DNA from: Bacillota bacterium
Lineage (GTDB): Bacteria; Bacillota; Limnochordia; DUMW01
DNA: 64,000 nucleotides
Assembly: GCA_012839765.1 (NCBI GenBank)
Contig: DUMW01000027.1
Location: forward strand, 1,137-65,136
Reading direction: 5' to 3'
The translations under genes were made by a program, and so were the position numbers. The number at the start of each line of letters is the position of its first letter. Position 1 is the stretch's first letter. The notes under the pieces were generated by a model. It was given only the letters and a program-made list of their open reading frames with translations, was not told where the DNA came from and ran no database searches. Below, in pieces: positions 18,249 to 27,594 of this stretch.

Positions 18249-20036
18249 TTGGGTCTCATCAGAATGTTGACACCTCTGGAAACAATGTCATTGATCGTCC
18301 TTTGTTTGCTACTGCTGTTGGTTGTGGGCAACACCCTCATCCCGGTGGCTTGGGCAGAATCGGCAGATCCCGCCGCGCCATCAGAGGAAGACTCCGTGGT
18401 GGTACTGCCCACCCTGGTAGTCCTCTTCACCCAAAGCGACCTGAAGACCGCCACCCAACAGGATATTGCTGCCTTCCATGGCCAGATGGCGGCCATCAAG
18501 GAGTTCTTTATTCAAGAGGGTGGCCAACACATCGAGCTGGAGCTGGACTACCTACAGATCGATCGGCCTTTGGCCCTGGCGGAATTCGGTTCCCCGGGGG
18601 ACGGACGCTATCATCTGTATGGTAACAACGCGCTCCCCTTCCTGCGGCAAAGTGGCATTGATCTTACATACTACCCCATCATCATCGCCTTCTGGCCGTG
18701 GCGGGCCCCAAACGAGTTCGGCGCCACCAAGGCCTACGGTGGAGCCGCGGAACGTCCCTTCTTCGGTCGCTACCTCTACGGCACCTACAACTCCCAGGGC
18801 GTCTTCGATGGGGACTACCGGGTCATCAGCCGGGTGGGGATCCATGAGACCCTGCACAATATGGATGCCCTCTTGCACCATTCGGGAGTGGAACGGTTCT
18901 GGCATGCGGATCATATGGCTACTTTGATGCCAGAATTACTGTCGGAAATCCCCGGTGCCTTCTTACCCCGTTTTACCGATGAAGAGATGCTGGAACTGGC
19001 AGAAAAGGAGAAGAACCGCCAATACTCTTTCCCTTGGCAGGATCAGATGGTCTTCTATCGTCAGATGATGCGGCGCACCACCCCGGAGGAATGGCGTGCC
19101 TTGAGTTGGGGATACCGAAAACCCCTCGAAGAGCTTAACCGCATCACCAACGACTACTACCTCGAACCCCTCTACAACAATATGTGGGTACCGGCCGATG
19201 ATCCGGTGTATGTGCCGGTGGTCCTGCGGGATCACGCAGGTCGCCCCGTCACCACGGCCACAGTGACCTTAGAAGACATCACCCTCAGCTATGAACCTTA
19301 CACCCATACCGACGGGCCCTTGGTCCTGTACGAAAACGGCTTGTACTGTGGGTGGGTGGACCCCGGCGTAGAAGGGACCCTCAGCATCCAGGCCCAGTTC
19401 GGGGACCAGCACCTCAACTCCCAAGTGACCATCCACCGTCAACGCCGGATAATGCTCCAGGCCCCGGCCCGGGTGGAATGGACGATGGATGCCGAACCAA
19501 TGGGCAAGATTCCGGTCACCGTCACCTGGGAACATCTTCCCCTTGACCAGGTTATCCTGGAGGAGCTGCCCACCGATTACGTCCTTAGCGCCAGCTGGCA
19601 GGGTGCTCCCCTGGAGGTGGAACCGGTGGAGGGACATCGGTTCAACGTGCTGGTAACTCCGGATCTAGTTGAAAAACCCACTTCCTTGGAAATTACCCTC
19701 GAGGTAGAAAGTCCCCTGGGTTACGATCAGCGGCCCGTGATAGTGGATAGCAAGGTTTCTTGGTCCATGCGGGTTCGGCCGGTGCGGGGAGAAGTAGGTC
19801 AACCAACGGAAATCGAAGTGTTGGTCCTGGCCGGTGGTCGGCCCAGCAGTGAAGAGTTTGAGCTCTGGGGCGAAACCGCGGATGGGCAGAGGCTGACCTT
19901 TGTACAGCGCAGTACCGGTCGCTATGTGGCTTCCTGGACACCCCAGATTGCGGGCACCGTTGCCATGAAAGTGCACGCGCGTAAGGCCAATACCACCTAT
20001 TACACCACCGAGGAGTTTACCGTCGAGGTACAGTAA
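18249..20036 (+). CDS. Secreted protein with HExxH motif (putative metallopeptidase-like), unknown function
   Basis: TTG start with SD GGAGGAG. Hydrophobic signal segment MSLIVLCLLLLLVVGNTLIPVAWA. HETLH (HExxH) is at about residue 195. The C-terminal beta-rich repeats are mine by eye only. Confidence 0.5.
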   Translation: MGLIRMLTPLETMSLIVLCLLLLLVVGNTLIPVAWAESADPAAPSEEDSVVVLPTLVVLFTQSDLKTATQQDIAAFHGQMAAIKEFFIQEGGQHIELELDYLQIDRPLALAEFGSPGDGRYHLYGNNALPFLRQSGIDLTYYPIIIAFWPWRAPNEFGATKAYGGAAERPFFGRYLYGTYNSQGVFDGDYRVISRVGIHETLHNMDALLHHSGVERFWHADHMATLMPELLSEIPGAFLPRFTDEEMLELAEKEKNRQYSFPWQDQMVFYRQMMRRTTPEEWRALSWGYRKPLEELNRITNDYYLEPLYNNMWVPADDPVYVPVVLRDHAGRPVTTATVTLEDITLSYEPYTHTDGPLVLYENGLYCGWVDPGVEGTLSIQAQFGDQHLNSQVTIHRQRRIMLQAPARVEWTMDAEPMGKIPVTVTWEHLPLDQVILEELPTDYVLSASWQGAPLEVEPVEGHRFNVLVTPDLVEKPTSLEITLEVESPLGYDQRPVIVDSKVSWSMRVRPVRGEVGQPTEIEVLVLAGGRPSSEEFELWGETADGQRLTFVQRSTGRYVASWTPQIAGTVAMKVHARKANTTYYTTEEFTVEVQ

Positions 20037-20116
20037 CGACAATTGCCTTGAAGGTTCCCAAGGCAATTTTGCAGCAACATAGCATTCATAAGTACAAGAG
20101 AATGGAGGTTCTCAGT

Positions 20117-21397
20117 ATGAAGCGTGCAAGCTTTTTCACCTTGGTCCTGTGCCTTGTGATAGCCCTGGTAACAGGATCAGCCCTGGCAGAACGGGTACGA
20201 GTTAAAGCAGTTATCTGGGGTTCGCAAAACGAATTGGAAGTGGAACTGGAGATTGCCGAGAAGTTCAATGAGCTATATCCGGATATTGAGCTAGTGGTAG
20301 AGACCTACGGTGGCGAGTACAACGACAAGATCCTGGTGGAAACCGCCGGCGGCGTAGGACCCGATGTGATGTTGTTAGACTCCATCTCGGTACCCTACTG
20401 GGCGGAGAAGGGGATCCTGATCGACCTGACACCCTACCTGGAAAAGGAAGCTCCTGATTTCCTCGACCAGTTCTTCCCCAATGTAGTGGACGCCGGAAGG
20501 ATCGGAGACAAGCTCTACGCCCTTCCCAAGGACTTCACACCCCAAGTCCTATATTACAACAAACGGTCCTTCGATCTATCGGGCATCAGCGAGCCTTCAT
20601 CGGGTTGGACTTGGGATGAGTTCATGGAGAAGGCCCCGAAGCTTAGAAGTGACGAACCGCGTCGGGAGCGCTACGCGGTCTACTTCAGCGATTGGATTTA
20701 CCGTTGGATCAACTGGGTCTGGTCCCTGGGTGGGGAGGTCTTGGGTATTAACCAGGACGGCTACCTGCAGGCTTCCGGTTTCCTCAATTCCCCTGAGACC
20801 CTCCGGGCCTTTGAAGACTTCATCGGCTTGCGGAACGACCGGGATGTGGCCATCGCCTCGCGGGATATCGGCATTCTGGGTGTGGATCCCCTGCTGACAG
20901 GCCGGGTGGCCCTGTGGGGTTCCGGTCACTGGTGGCTAATCACCCTGCGCCGCATGCGGGCCTTTAATCCCGATGAGATCCGGGTGGTAAACTATCCCGA
21001 ACGGGAGACCCGGGCTAACCTGATGGCCGAGTCGGGCTTTGCCATGACGATCAATACAAAACATCCAGAGGCCGCTTGGGAAGTAATCAAATTCTTGACC
21101 GGCCCCTACGCCCAGGAGAAACGGGCCGAAAGCGGATTGGCTATTTCCGCCAACATCAGTGTGGCCCAGGAATTCGCCTATGCGGATCCTATCGAGATGG
21201 GCTTCCTGGTGGAGGTACCCTTCATGCGGGTCCACGTCATAGAGCATCCGTCCTCAGACCAGATCGCCTCGGCCATCGACAAAGCCTTGCACTCGGTAAT
21301 CTATGACGGTGAGGCGCTAGGGCCTGCCATGGAAAACGCAGCCCGTGAAGTGGATGTCATCCTGAAGGAGACCCCCTGGTCCCCGATCTTTCACTAA
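20117..21397 (+). CDS. ABC transporter extracellular solute-binding protein, family 1 (sugar)
   Basis: Start moved to ATG 20117 (MKRASFFTLVLCLVIALVTGSALA signal), with GGAGG 9 nt upstream. SBP_bac_1-type sequence. No permease or ATPase genes are adjacent (orphan SBP). Confidence 0.8.
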   Translation: MKRASFFTLVLCLVIALVTGSALAERVRVKAVIWGSQNELEVELEIAEKFNELYPDIELVVETYGGEYNDKILVETAGGVGPDVMLLDSISVPYWAEKGILIDLTPYLEKEAPDFLDQFFPNVVDAGRIGDKLYALPKDFTPQVLYYNKRSFDLSGISEPSSGWTWDEFMEKAPKLRSDEPRRERYAVYFSDWIYRWINWVWSLGGEVLGINQDGYLQASGFLNSPETLRAFEDFIGLRNDRDVAIASRDIGILGVDPLLTGRVALWGSGHWWLITLRRMRAFNPDEIRVVNYPERETRANLMAESGFAMTINTKHPEAAWEVIKFLTGPYAQEKRAESGLAISANISVAQEFAYADPIEMGFLVEVPFMRVHVIEHPSSDQIASAIDKALHSVIYDGEALGPAMENAAREVDVILKETPWSPIFH

Positions 21398-21501
21398 GAC
21401 TAAGGTAACTAAGGCTAGGGAGGAAGTCGTCTCCCTAGCACAAACCCCGGCATAACGGGACTCCTTTGGTGTCCCAAATATAAAGAAAGGAGAATGACCT
21501 A

Positions 21502-22272
21502 ATGAACAGAAGACTAAGTCTCATCATCACTGCCATCACTGTCCTTGTTTTGTCGGTGGCACCGGCCTTCGCGGAGAAGAATCCCCAGCGGGCAAAGGCC
21601 TATTTCCTCGCCACTCCGCCCACCATTGACGGGGACCTTTCCGATTGGGATCTGAGCACTCCCTCCATCATCATCGGAGCCGGTTCCAACGTCATGCGGG
21701 GAGACTGGGAAGGGGAGCACGATCTCACCGCCAAGATCTACATTGGTTGGGACTATGGGTATCTCTATTTCGCGGTGGATGCCATTGACGACTGTGTTCT
21801 GGGCACCTTCGATCTCAGCGACTACTGGGCTCGGGACCGGATCAACTTCGCCTTTGACGCCCTGAATAACACCACCGCGGATGCCTTCACCACCGACAGT
21901 CCCGGTCGGACCCGTTGGCAAGACGACGACTACTGGATCTACGTCATCCCCTTCGATGGTGACGAGGAGCAGGGTTCCCTGTCCATGCAACACAACAGCT
22001 TCTGGAAGACCCCGCCGGGCTTCCGCGTAGCCTCCTCCCGCACCGACAATGGCTACGTATGTGAGATTATTGTGCCCATCAGCGAACTGCCGGAGATGTG
22101 GGTAGACGAGGGTGTAGTCATCGGCTTTGACGTGTTCATCACCGACGGAGACGTCGACGATTGGGGTATCCTCACCATGTCCGAGATTATGTGGGGCAGG
22201 TTCGATTACCCCGGCACCGCCATCAAATGGCAGTACTGGAAAGTGGGAGCACTGGAGTTTGTGATGGAGTAA
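21502..22272 (+). CDS. Secreted CBM9/DOMON-like carbohydrate-binding protein
   Basis: Signal peptide, then PPTIDGDLSDWD, which is typical of CBM9-like domains. SD AAAGGAGAA. Confidence 0.55.
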   Translation: MNRRLSLIITAITVLVLSVAPAFAEKNPQRAKAYFLATPPTIDGDLSDWDLSTPSIIIGAGSNVMRGDWEGEHDLTAKIYIGWDYGYLYFAVDAIDDCVLGTFDLSDYWARDRINFAFDALNNTTADAFTTDSPGRTRWQDDDYWIYVIPFDGDEEQGSLSMQHNSFWKTPPGFRVASSRTDNGYVCEIIVPISELPEMWVDEGVVIGFDVFITDGDVDDWGILTMSEIMWGRFDYPGTAIKWQYWKVGALEFVME

Positions 22273-22282
22273 CCCCTACTCA

Positions 22283-22318
22283 AGACGCCAGGGAACCTTT
22301 CCCTGGCGTTTCCCTTTC
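22283..22318 (+). terminator. Rho-independent terminator
   Basis: ACGCCAGGGAA-cctt-TCCCTGGCGT followed by TTCCCTTT. Confidence 0.65.
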
Positions 22319-22622
22319 TAAACCTACTGGATATCCACCGGGAGAAAGATGCCCGTGGCGGCAATCCCAGACTAAGGGCCAAAAGGGGAGGAGCCCACAG
22401 AAGAGATTCCTGCCCAAAGAAGGTGCGACAACAAGCCGAAAAAGGGGCTACACCATGGTGGGATTCGCGAGGTCAAGGAAAACTCCACCTCGCTCCGCCG
22501 ACCACAGGAGCGGTGAATCAACTGTTAGCCCCGTTCCCAGCCCTTCGATGCGAAGATGCCGGCCGGCTTTGATCATCTTTCGCGAAAGCTAAGAGGTCCT
22601 GTTTTCCCTTCGACATGACAGT

Positions 22623-23060
22623 TTATGGAAGAACCGGATCAGGGGAAACCGAAGACTCCCGAGAGATGGGAGGCTCAGCTGCCTCCACTAGCTCTCCCGG
22701 CACAGCTTCCTGTAATCCTCCCTGGTGGACACTCCTGATCAACCAAACTTGGTCCTGGAAGACAAGTTCCACCATCACCCGGCATGTTTCGTGTATCCCC
22801 AGGCATGGGTTCTTGAGGGTCGCCCCTACTGTTACAATGACCCGATCCGCGTCCGCAAGCTCCCACTCCATATGGGTTTCGCTGCGCATCTGATCCCCAG
22901 CCTTAATCCAGGGTCGGTCCAATTCCTTATAAATTCGAACTCCTCCCTGGTCACCCGTACGGTGCGGTCTTCCCAAGGAGCGACTAGCTGCACCGGGATC
23001 CAAGTACACATAACAGGACACATCCACTTCCGAAGCAAGGTGAGGAGCAATGGAGAACAC
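22623..23060 (-). CDS. Hypothetical protein (145 aa), weak call
   Basis: This is the only sizeable ORF in a 1.2-kb stretch (22.3-23.5 kb) with poor coding character. GTG start, no recognisable motif. It may be a gene remnant. Confidence 0.25.
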   Translation of the reverse strand: MFSIAPHLASEVDVSCYVYLDPGAASRSLGRPHRTGDQGGVRIYKELDRPWIKAGDQMRSETHMEWELADADRVIVTVGATLKNPCLGIHETCRVMVELVFQDQVWLIRSVHQGGLQEAVPGELVEAAEPPISRESSVSPDPVLP

Positions 23061-23518
23061 CGTTCCCAGAAGGTAGTGGGACGAAAACTCCTGGGCGATA
23101 TTCCTCGCATGCTCCAGGATCAGGACAATCCCTTCCCGATAGGTCAGCTTTGGCTCCCCATGTTCCGCTTGTCCATCATCCTGGGTCCCCCGCAGTTCTC
23201 TAGGAGAATATTACGATATTTTCCGACAAAACCACCTACATCCGGTACACCTTCGCGTTATCGTAGTGATTCCATCAACAACTATCTAATCCTTCCTTAG
23301 CGGTCGGTCTGTTTCCTTTACTGCTTGGGGTGTAAAGCAACAAGGACCCGCTGAACTAGCCATCCCTGGGCACTGTGCTAGCTACTTTGAGATGACAGTG
23401 TCAATAGTCTGTACAACACACCCAAAGCCGTTGCGCCTTGCTGCCAACCACAACCCGCCCAACAATAAACTCCCAGCCAAGCTCTGATACTACGGGGGAA
23501 GAATAGGGGGGAAGGGGG

Positions 23519-24565
23519 TTGGTGGCCATCAAGACATTTTCATTACCGAGACAAACCAAACTCTTCATGCCTACCCAGGTGTATATAGAAGAGAAAGCCT
23601 TAGACTATCCCCTAGGGCGCCACCTGCAGAACCTTTTTGCCTTACGGCAGATCCCCATCACCATGGTCCCGTCCCATAATCAGCTGAATATCCCCGGCAG
23701 CACCTCCGCAGAACGGTTTCACCGGGCTAAAGAAACCTTGGTGGTGGGAGTAAAAAGGGATCTTAACTTTCGCCCCTGCCGACCCTCCGCGGATTTCCGG
23801 CTGGTAGAAAACACCAGTTGTCCGGGGAAATGCCAGTACTGCTATCTGGCCGCTAATCTGGGAGAGCGGATCTATCCTAGGGTGTATGTAAATGTAGATG
23901 AAATCCTACTAGCAGCAAGGAGGAAGATCCAAAGCCGCATCCCGGAACTTACTACCTTTGAGGCCAGTAGTTCATCGGACCCCGTAGCCCTGGAACACTT
24001 CACCGGTTCTTTGGCAAAAACCATCGAATTCTTCAGGGACCAACCCTACGGCAGGCTGCGGGTGGCGACCAAATTTGCCGCCATCGAACCTTTCTTGGCG
24101 TTGGAGCACGGTGGACACACCAGATTTCGCTACAGCCTCAACACAGAACGCATCATCCGAGAGTACGAGGAAGGCACCGCCCCTTTAGAAGCACGTCTAC
24201 AAGGATCAAGGCGCCTTGCGGAAGCGGACTATCCCATCGGCTTCATCATCGCACCGTTGATGATCTATCCCCAATGGCAGGAGGAATATGGGCAGCTTTT
24301 GGATCGGGTGCGGGAAGTCCTAGGACCCTGGGGGAAGAGGGAAATCCCCTTTGAACTGATTATGCACCGCTTCACCGCCCGCTCCAAAAGACTCACCCAG
24401 GCGCGGTTTCCCCAGTCCACCCTAGATTTCGACGCCGCCGCACGAACCCATAAGGGTTTCGGAAAATATGTCTACACACCAAAGAAGGCCCAGGAATTGG
24501 CCGAGTTTTTCCAAAAAGAAATCCCCCGCCGTTTTCCGCAGGGGACTGTCGCCTACTTCACCTAA
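23519..24565 (+). CDS. splB: Spore photoproduct lyase (radical SAM)
   Basis: It matches B. subtilis SplB block for block from memory: QVYIEEKALDYPLG, SHNQLNIPG, CPGKCQYCYL (CxxxCxxC), YVNVDEIL, TTFEASSSSD, LRVATKF, TRFRYS, PIGFIIAPLMIYPQW, FELIMHRFT, GFGKYVY and C-terminal YFT. TTG start with a G-rich SD. Confidence 0.9.
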   Translation: MVAIKTFSLPRQTKLFMPTQVYIEEKALDYPLGRHLQNLFALRQIPITMVPSHNQLNIPGSTSAERFHRAKETLVVGVKRDLNFRPCRPSADFRLVENTSCPGKCQYCYLAANLGERIYPRVYVNVDEILLAARRKIQSRIPELTTFEASSSSDPVALEHFTGSLAKTIEFFRDQPYGRLRVATKFAAIEPFLALEHGGHTRFRYSLNTERIIREYEEGTAPLEARLQGSRRLAEADYPIGFIIAPLMIYPQWQEEYGQLLDRVREVLGPWGKREIPFELIMHRFTARSKRLTQARFPQSTLDFDAAARTHKGFGKYVYTPKKAQELAEFFQKEIPRRFPQGTVAYFT

Positions 24566-24566
24566 T

Positions 24567-26078
24567 TTAACCCTGGTTGGATTGCAATTGGTTTTTCACC
24601 ACGGCCTTTTCCCGCCAGCGGCCGAAACGGAAGACAACGTAGTGCAACACAAAGCCCATGTAGGGACTAAGGGCCAAGGCGATCCACACACCGGCCACCC
24701 CCAGCTGGGGAAGAGAGGACAGGTAAGCCGCCACCGGCACCCGCACCACCCACAGGGAAAGGAAAGTAAGGAGCATGGTAGAAAGGGTATCGCCCGCACC
24801 CCGCAAGACACCGCCTAGGGTAAACATCAAGGCCAAGGGTACATAACCCAGACTCATATATCTTAGGTACTTAGCGCCTTCCTCCAGTACCCCCGGCTCA
24901 TCGGTAAACAGGCGCAGGAAAAGCTCCGGAACAAAGAAGGAGAGAAGTGAAAACACCAGGGTGATGGCTGCCCCCAGGATGAAGCTCCAGCGCACCGTTT
25001 CATACACCCGCTGGACTTTCCCAGCCCCAATGTTCTGCCCCACCAGGGCAGAGACTGCGATACTGATACTCATCGCGGGCATGAAGGCAAATTGATCTAC
25101 CCGGGCACCGGCCCCAAAGGCAGCCACCACGGTAGCCCCAAAGGTATTCACCAACGCAGAGACCACCAGAGCCCCTAGGGAGACAAAGGTTTGCTGAATA
25201 CCTGCGGGCAGGCCCAAGCGGAAGGTCAGCTTCGTCAACTGCCAGTCAAAGCGGAAGGTCCCCCGCTGGTAGCGCACCAGCCCCGAGGAAACGTAGAGGT
25301 AACGTACAGACAAGATGGCGGAGACCACCTGGGAAAGGATCGTGGCCAAGGCAGCACCCCGTACCCCCATCTGGGGGATAGGACCCAAGCCGAAAATGAA
25401 GATGGGATCCAGGATAATATTCATCACCGTGGCGTAGGCCAGGTATCGTAAGGGGGTGCGGGAATCCCCCAATCCCCGGAGGATGGAACTGGTCACGTTG
25501 TACAGGAAGGTGGCGATCAATCCCGACATGAAGATGCCCAAGTAGGCATCGGCCTGCTCCATGATCTCCGCGGGGGTACGAATCAGCCTCAACAGGGGCC
25601 CGCGAAAAGCTACCCCAATAATCGACGCTAAAAGACCCAACACCGTCAGAAGCAACATGGAGTTGTTGATGGTTTTCGTCACCTGCTTGTGATCCTGGGC
25701 ACCAAAGTACTGGGAGACAAGGATGGTCGTCGCCATGGTCACACCGTTAACCAAGGCGATCAGGGCGAAGATGATGGGAAATCCAACCGAAACCGCCGCC
25801 AAAGCATCAGGACCGAGAAACCGTCCCACCCAGATACTATCTACGGTATTGTATAACGCCTGGAGCAAATTCCCCAGAAACATGGGAAGGGAGAACACAA
25901 TCAAGTGTTTTGCGATACTGCCTTGGGTGAAGTCTACCGTTTTTTTCGTTTCCAAGTTCAAAACCTGCCCAACAATATGTATTACTCGGCACCAAGATAC
26001 CTTTGGCCCAGGTGCACAAACCCTTGAAACCATCAAGAATACACCGATAATACTACGGAAAAGGCCAGGCTTTGTCAA
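24567..26078 (-). CDS. MATE family efflux transporter
   Basis: 12-TM protein with the MATE N-terminal signature GSIAKHLIVFSLPMFLGNLLQALYNTVDSIWVGRFLG. The true start is probably internal (TTG near 25955 or 25961, or ATG 26033). The track start overlaps nothing, but there is no SD. Confidence 0.8.
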   Translation of the reverse strand: MTKPGLFRSIIGVFLMVSRVCAPGPKVSWCRVIHIVGQVLNLETKKTVDFTQGSIAKHLIVFSLPMFLGNLLQALYNTVDSIWVGRFLGPDALAAVSVGFPIIFALIALVNGVTMATTILVSQYFGAQDHKQVTKTINNSMLLLTVLGLLASIIGVAFRGPLLRLIRTPAEIMEQADAYLGIFMSGLIATFLYNVTSSILRGLGDSRTPLRYLAYATVMNIILDPIFIFGLGPIPQMGVRGAALATILSQVVSAILSVRYLYVSSGLVRYQRGTFRFDWQLTKLTFRLGLPAGIQQTFVSLGALVVSALVNTFGATVVAAFGAGARVDQFAFMPAMSISIAVSALVGQNIGAGKVQRVYETVRWSFILGAAITLVFSLLSFFVPELFLRLFTDEPGVLEEGAKYLRYMSLGYVPLALMFTLGGVLRGAGDTLSTMLLTFLSLWVVRVPVAAYLSSLPQLGVAGVWIALALSPYMGFVLHYVVFRFGRWREKAVVKNQLQSNQG

Positions 26079-26146
26079 GGGAAAGCCAGTGTGAGCAAAG
26101 GATTAGCCCCTTTCCCAGGGCGGCGGAAAAAGTCCGCCGCCCCTCC

Positions 26147-27388
26147 CTAGTCCACAGGGCGCATCGCTCCATTGACACGATTTGCCCCCAAAGTCTGCAG
26201 ATCATATCCCGAGGGACTCTGAAACACCCGCAGATCAAAGTGGGGCACCGCGGCCAGGATGTGGTCGAAAATGTCCGCCTGGACCCCCTCGTAGTTCACC
26301 CAGGCGGTATCGTTGACAAAACAATAGATCTCGATGGGCAGCCCCTCCGCCGTGGGTTGCAGGTGGCGCACCAATAACATCATGTCCTGGCGGATCCGGG
26401 GGTGATTGCGCAAATACGCGGTGACGTAGGCCCGAAAGGTACCCAGATTGGTCATCCGTCGACCGTTGACGATATGGGAGGGATCCACCTGGTACGCCTG
26501 GTTGTACTCGGCGATCTCCCGCCGGCGGCTTCGAACGTAGTCCCTAATCAACTGGATCCTTTCATACCGGTCTAGCATCTCTTCATCACAGAAACGGATG
26601 CTCGATTGGTCGATCATGATGGCCCGTTTGATCCGCCGTCCCCCGGACTCCGCCATCCCCCGCCAGTTACGGAAGGGATCCTCCACCAGCCGGTGGGTGG
26701 GAATGTGACTGATGGTCTTGTCCCAGTTTTGCACCTTCACCGTGTGTAGTCCCGCCTCGATCACGAAGCCGTCGGCCTCGAACTTAGGCATCTCGATCCA
26801 GTCGCCCACCCGCACCAAATCGTTATTGATAATCCGAATCCCCGCCACAAAGGACAGAATCGTATCCTGGAAGATGAGCATCAACACCGCGGTGAGGGCA
26901 CCCAGGCCGCTTAACAGCACCAAGGGCGAAACCCCCAAAAAGAGGGAAATGGCCACCACACCCGCGGCAAGATAAATCACCAGTTTCACCGTCTCCAGAT
27001 ACCCTTTGATGGGACGGCGGGACCCCCATTCGGAAGCACCGTAGATGGCAAAAAGGGCTGTGGCCAGCCTGCCCAAAAACCCAGCGATAATTAAGATCAT
27101 CCAGGCAGCGGTCAGCTTTTCCACCACGGGCCCAGTAACCGGTAGCCACGGGGTCCCGAGGTTAAAGATGATCGCGGGCACGAGGGGAGTGAGGCTGTTG
27201 AAGACCCCATGTTCCACACAGATATCATCCCAGGTGATCCGCGTCTGGACAACCATTTTATGTAAGAACGAGATAACGTAGCGTCGCACCAAAAGGTGCC
27301 CGATGATACTGACCAACAACAAGCCCACCAAGGTGAGCGCCTCGGCAAGGAAAGGCCGTTCAGCCAAAATACCCAGCAGGTCCGACAT
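26147..27388 (-). CDS. Mechanosensitive ion channel (MscS family)
   Basis: N-terminal TM helices plus the MscS beta-domain block DTILSFVAGIRIINNDLVRVGDWIE. ATG with SD GGAAGGTGA. Confidence 0.85.
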   Translation of the reverse strand: MSDLLGILAERPFLAEALTLVGLLLVSIIGHLLVRRYVISFLHKMVVQTRITWDDICVEHGVFNSLTPLVPAIIFNLGTPWLPVTGPVVEKLTAAWMILIIAGFLGRLATALFAIYGASEWGSRRPIKGYLETVKLVIYLAAGVVAISLFLGVSPLVLLSGLGALTAVLMLIFQDTILSFVAGIRIINNDLVRVGDWIEMPKFEADGFVIEAGLHTVKVQNWDKTISHIPTHRLVEDPFRNWRGMAESGGRRIKRAIMIDQSSIRFCDEEMLDRYERIQLIRDYVRSRRREIAEYNQAYQVDPSHIVNGRRMTNLGTFRAYVTAYLRNHPRIRQDMMLLVRHLQPTAEGLPIEIYCFVNDTAWVNYEGVQADIFDHILAAVPHFDLRVFQSPSGYDLQTLGANRVNGAMRPVD

Positions 27389-27404
27389 CTACAATCACCT
27401 TCCT

Positions 27405-27457
27405 TATATAATGCATTATACCCCAAGGGGAATATAATGCATTATACCCCAAGGGGA
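27405..27457. repeat. Tandem direct repeat (2 x 26 bp), each unit containing the 12-bp palindrome ATAATGCATTAT and CCCCAAGGGGA
   Basis: TATAATGCATTATACCCCAAGGGGA occurs at about 27406-27431 and again at 27432-27457. It lies in the divergent promoter region between mscS (start 27388, -) and the amidohydrolase gene (start 27595, +). Confidence 0.8.
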
Positions 27458-27594
27458 CTCCTTTCCCAACCAGATCATACCACCCGGCCCACTGGTTTTC
27501 CGAAAAAGGACCTTGTGTGAATCACAGCGAAGGATACATCCAAGCTTTCACATATATTATGGACTCTCAAATCTAAGGGAAGGGTGTGAAGAAC

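Noticed and set aside
18239-18927. 128- and 153-aa ORFs at the 5' end of the 18249..20036 gene
   Set aside because: These are alternative frames of the same region. The chosen frame has an SD and continues as a 595-aa protein.
27405-27457. Possible CRISPR array
   Set aside because: There are only two repeat units, with no spacers of unique sequence between them and no cas genes. No other periodic repeats were seen in the window.
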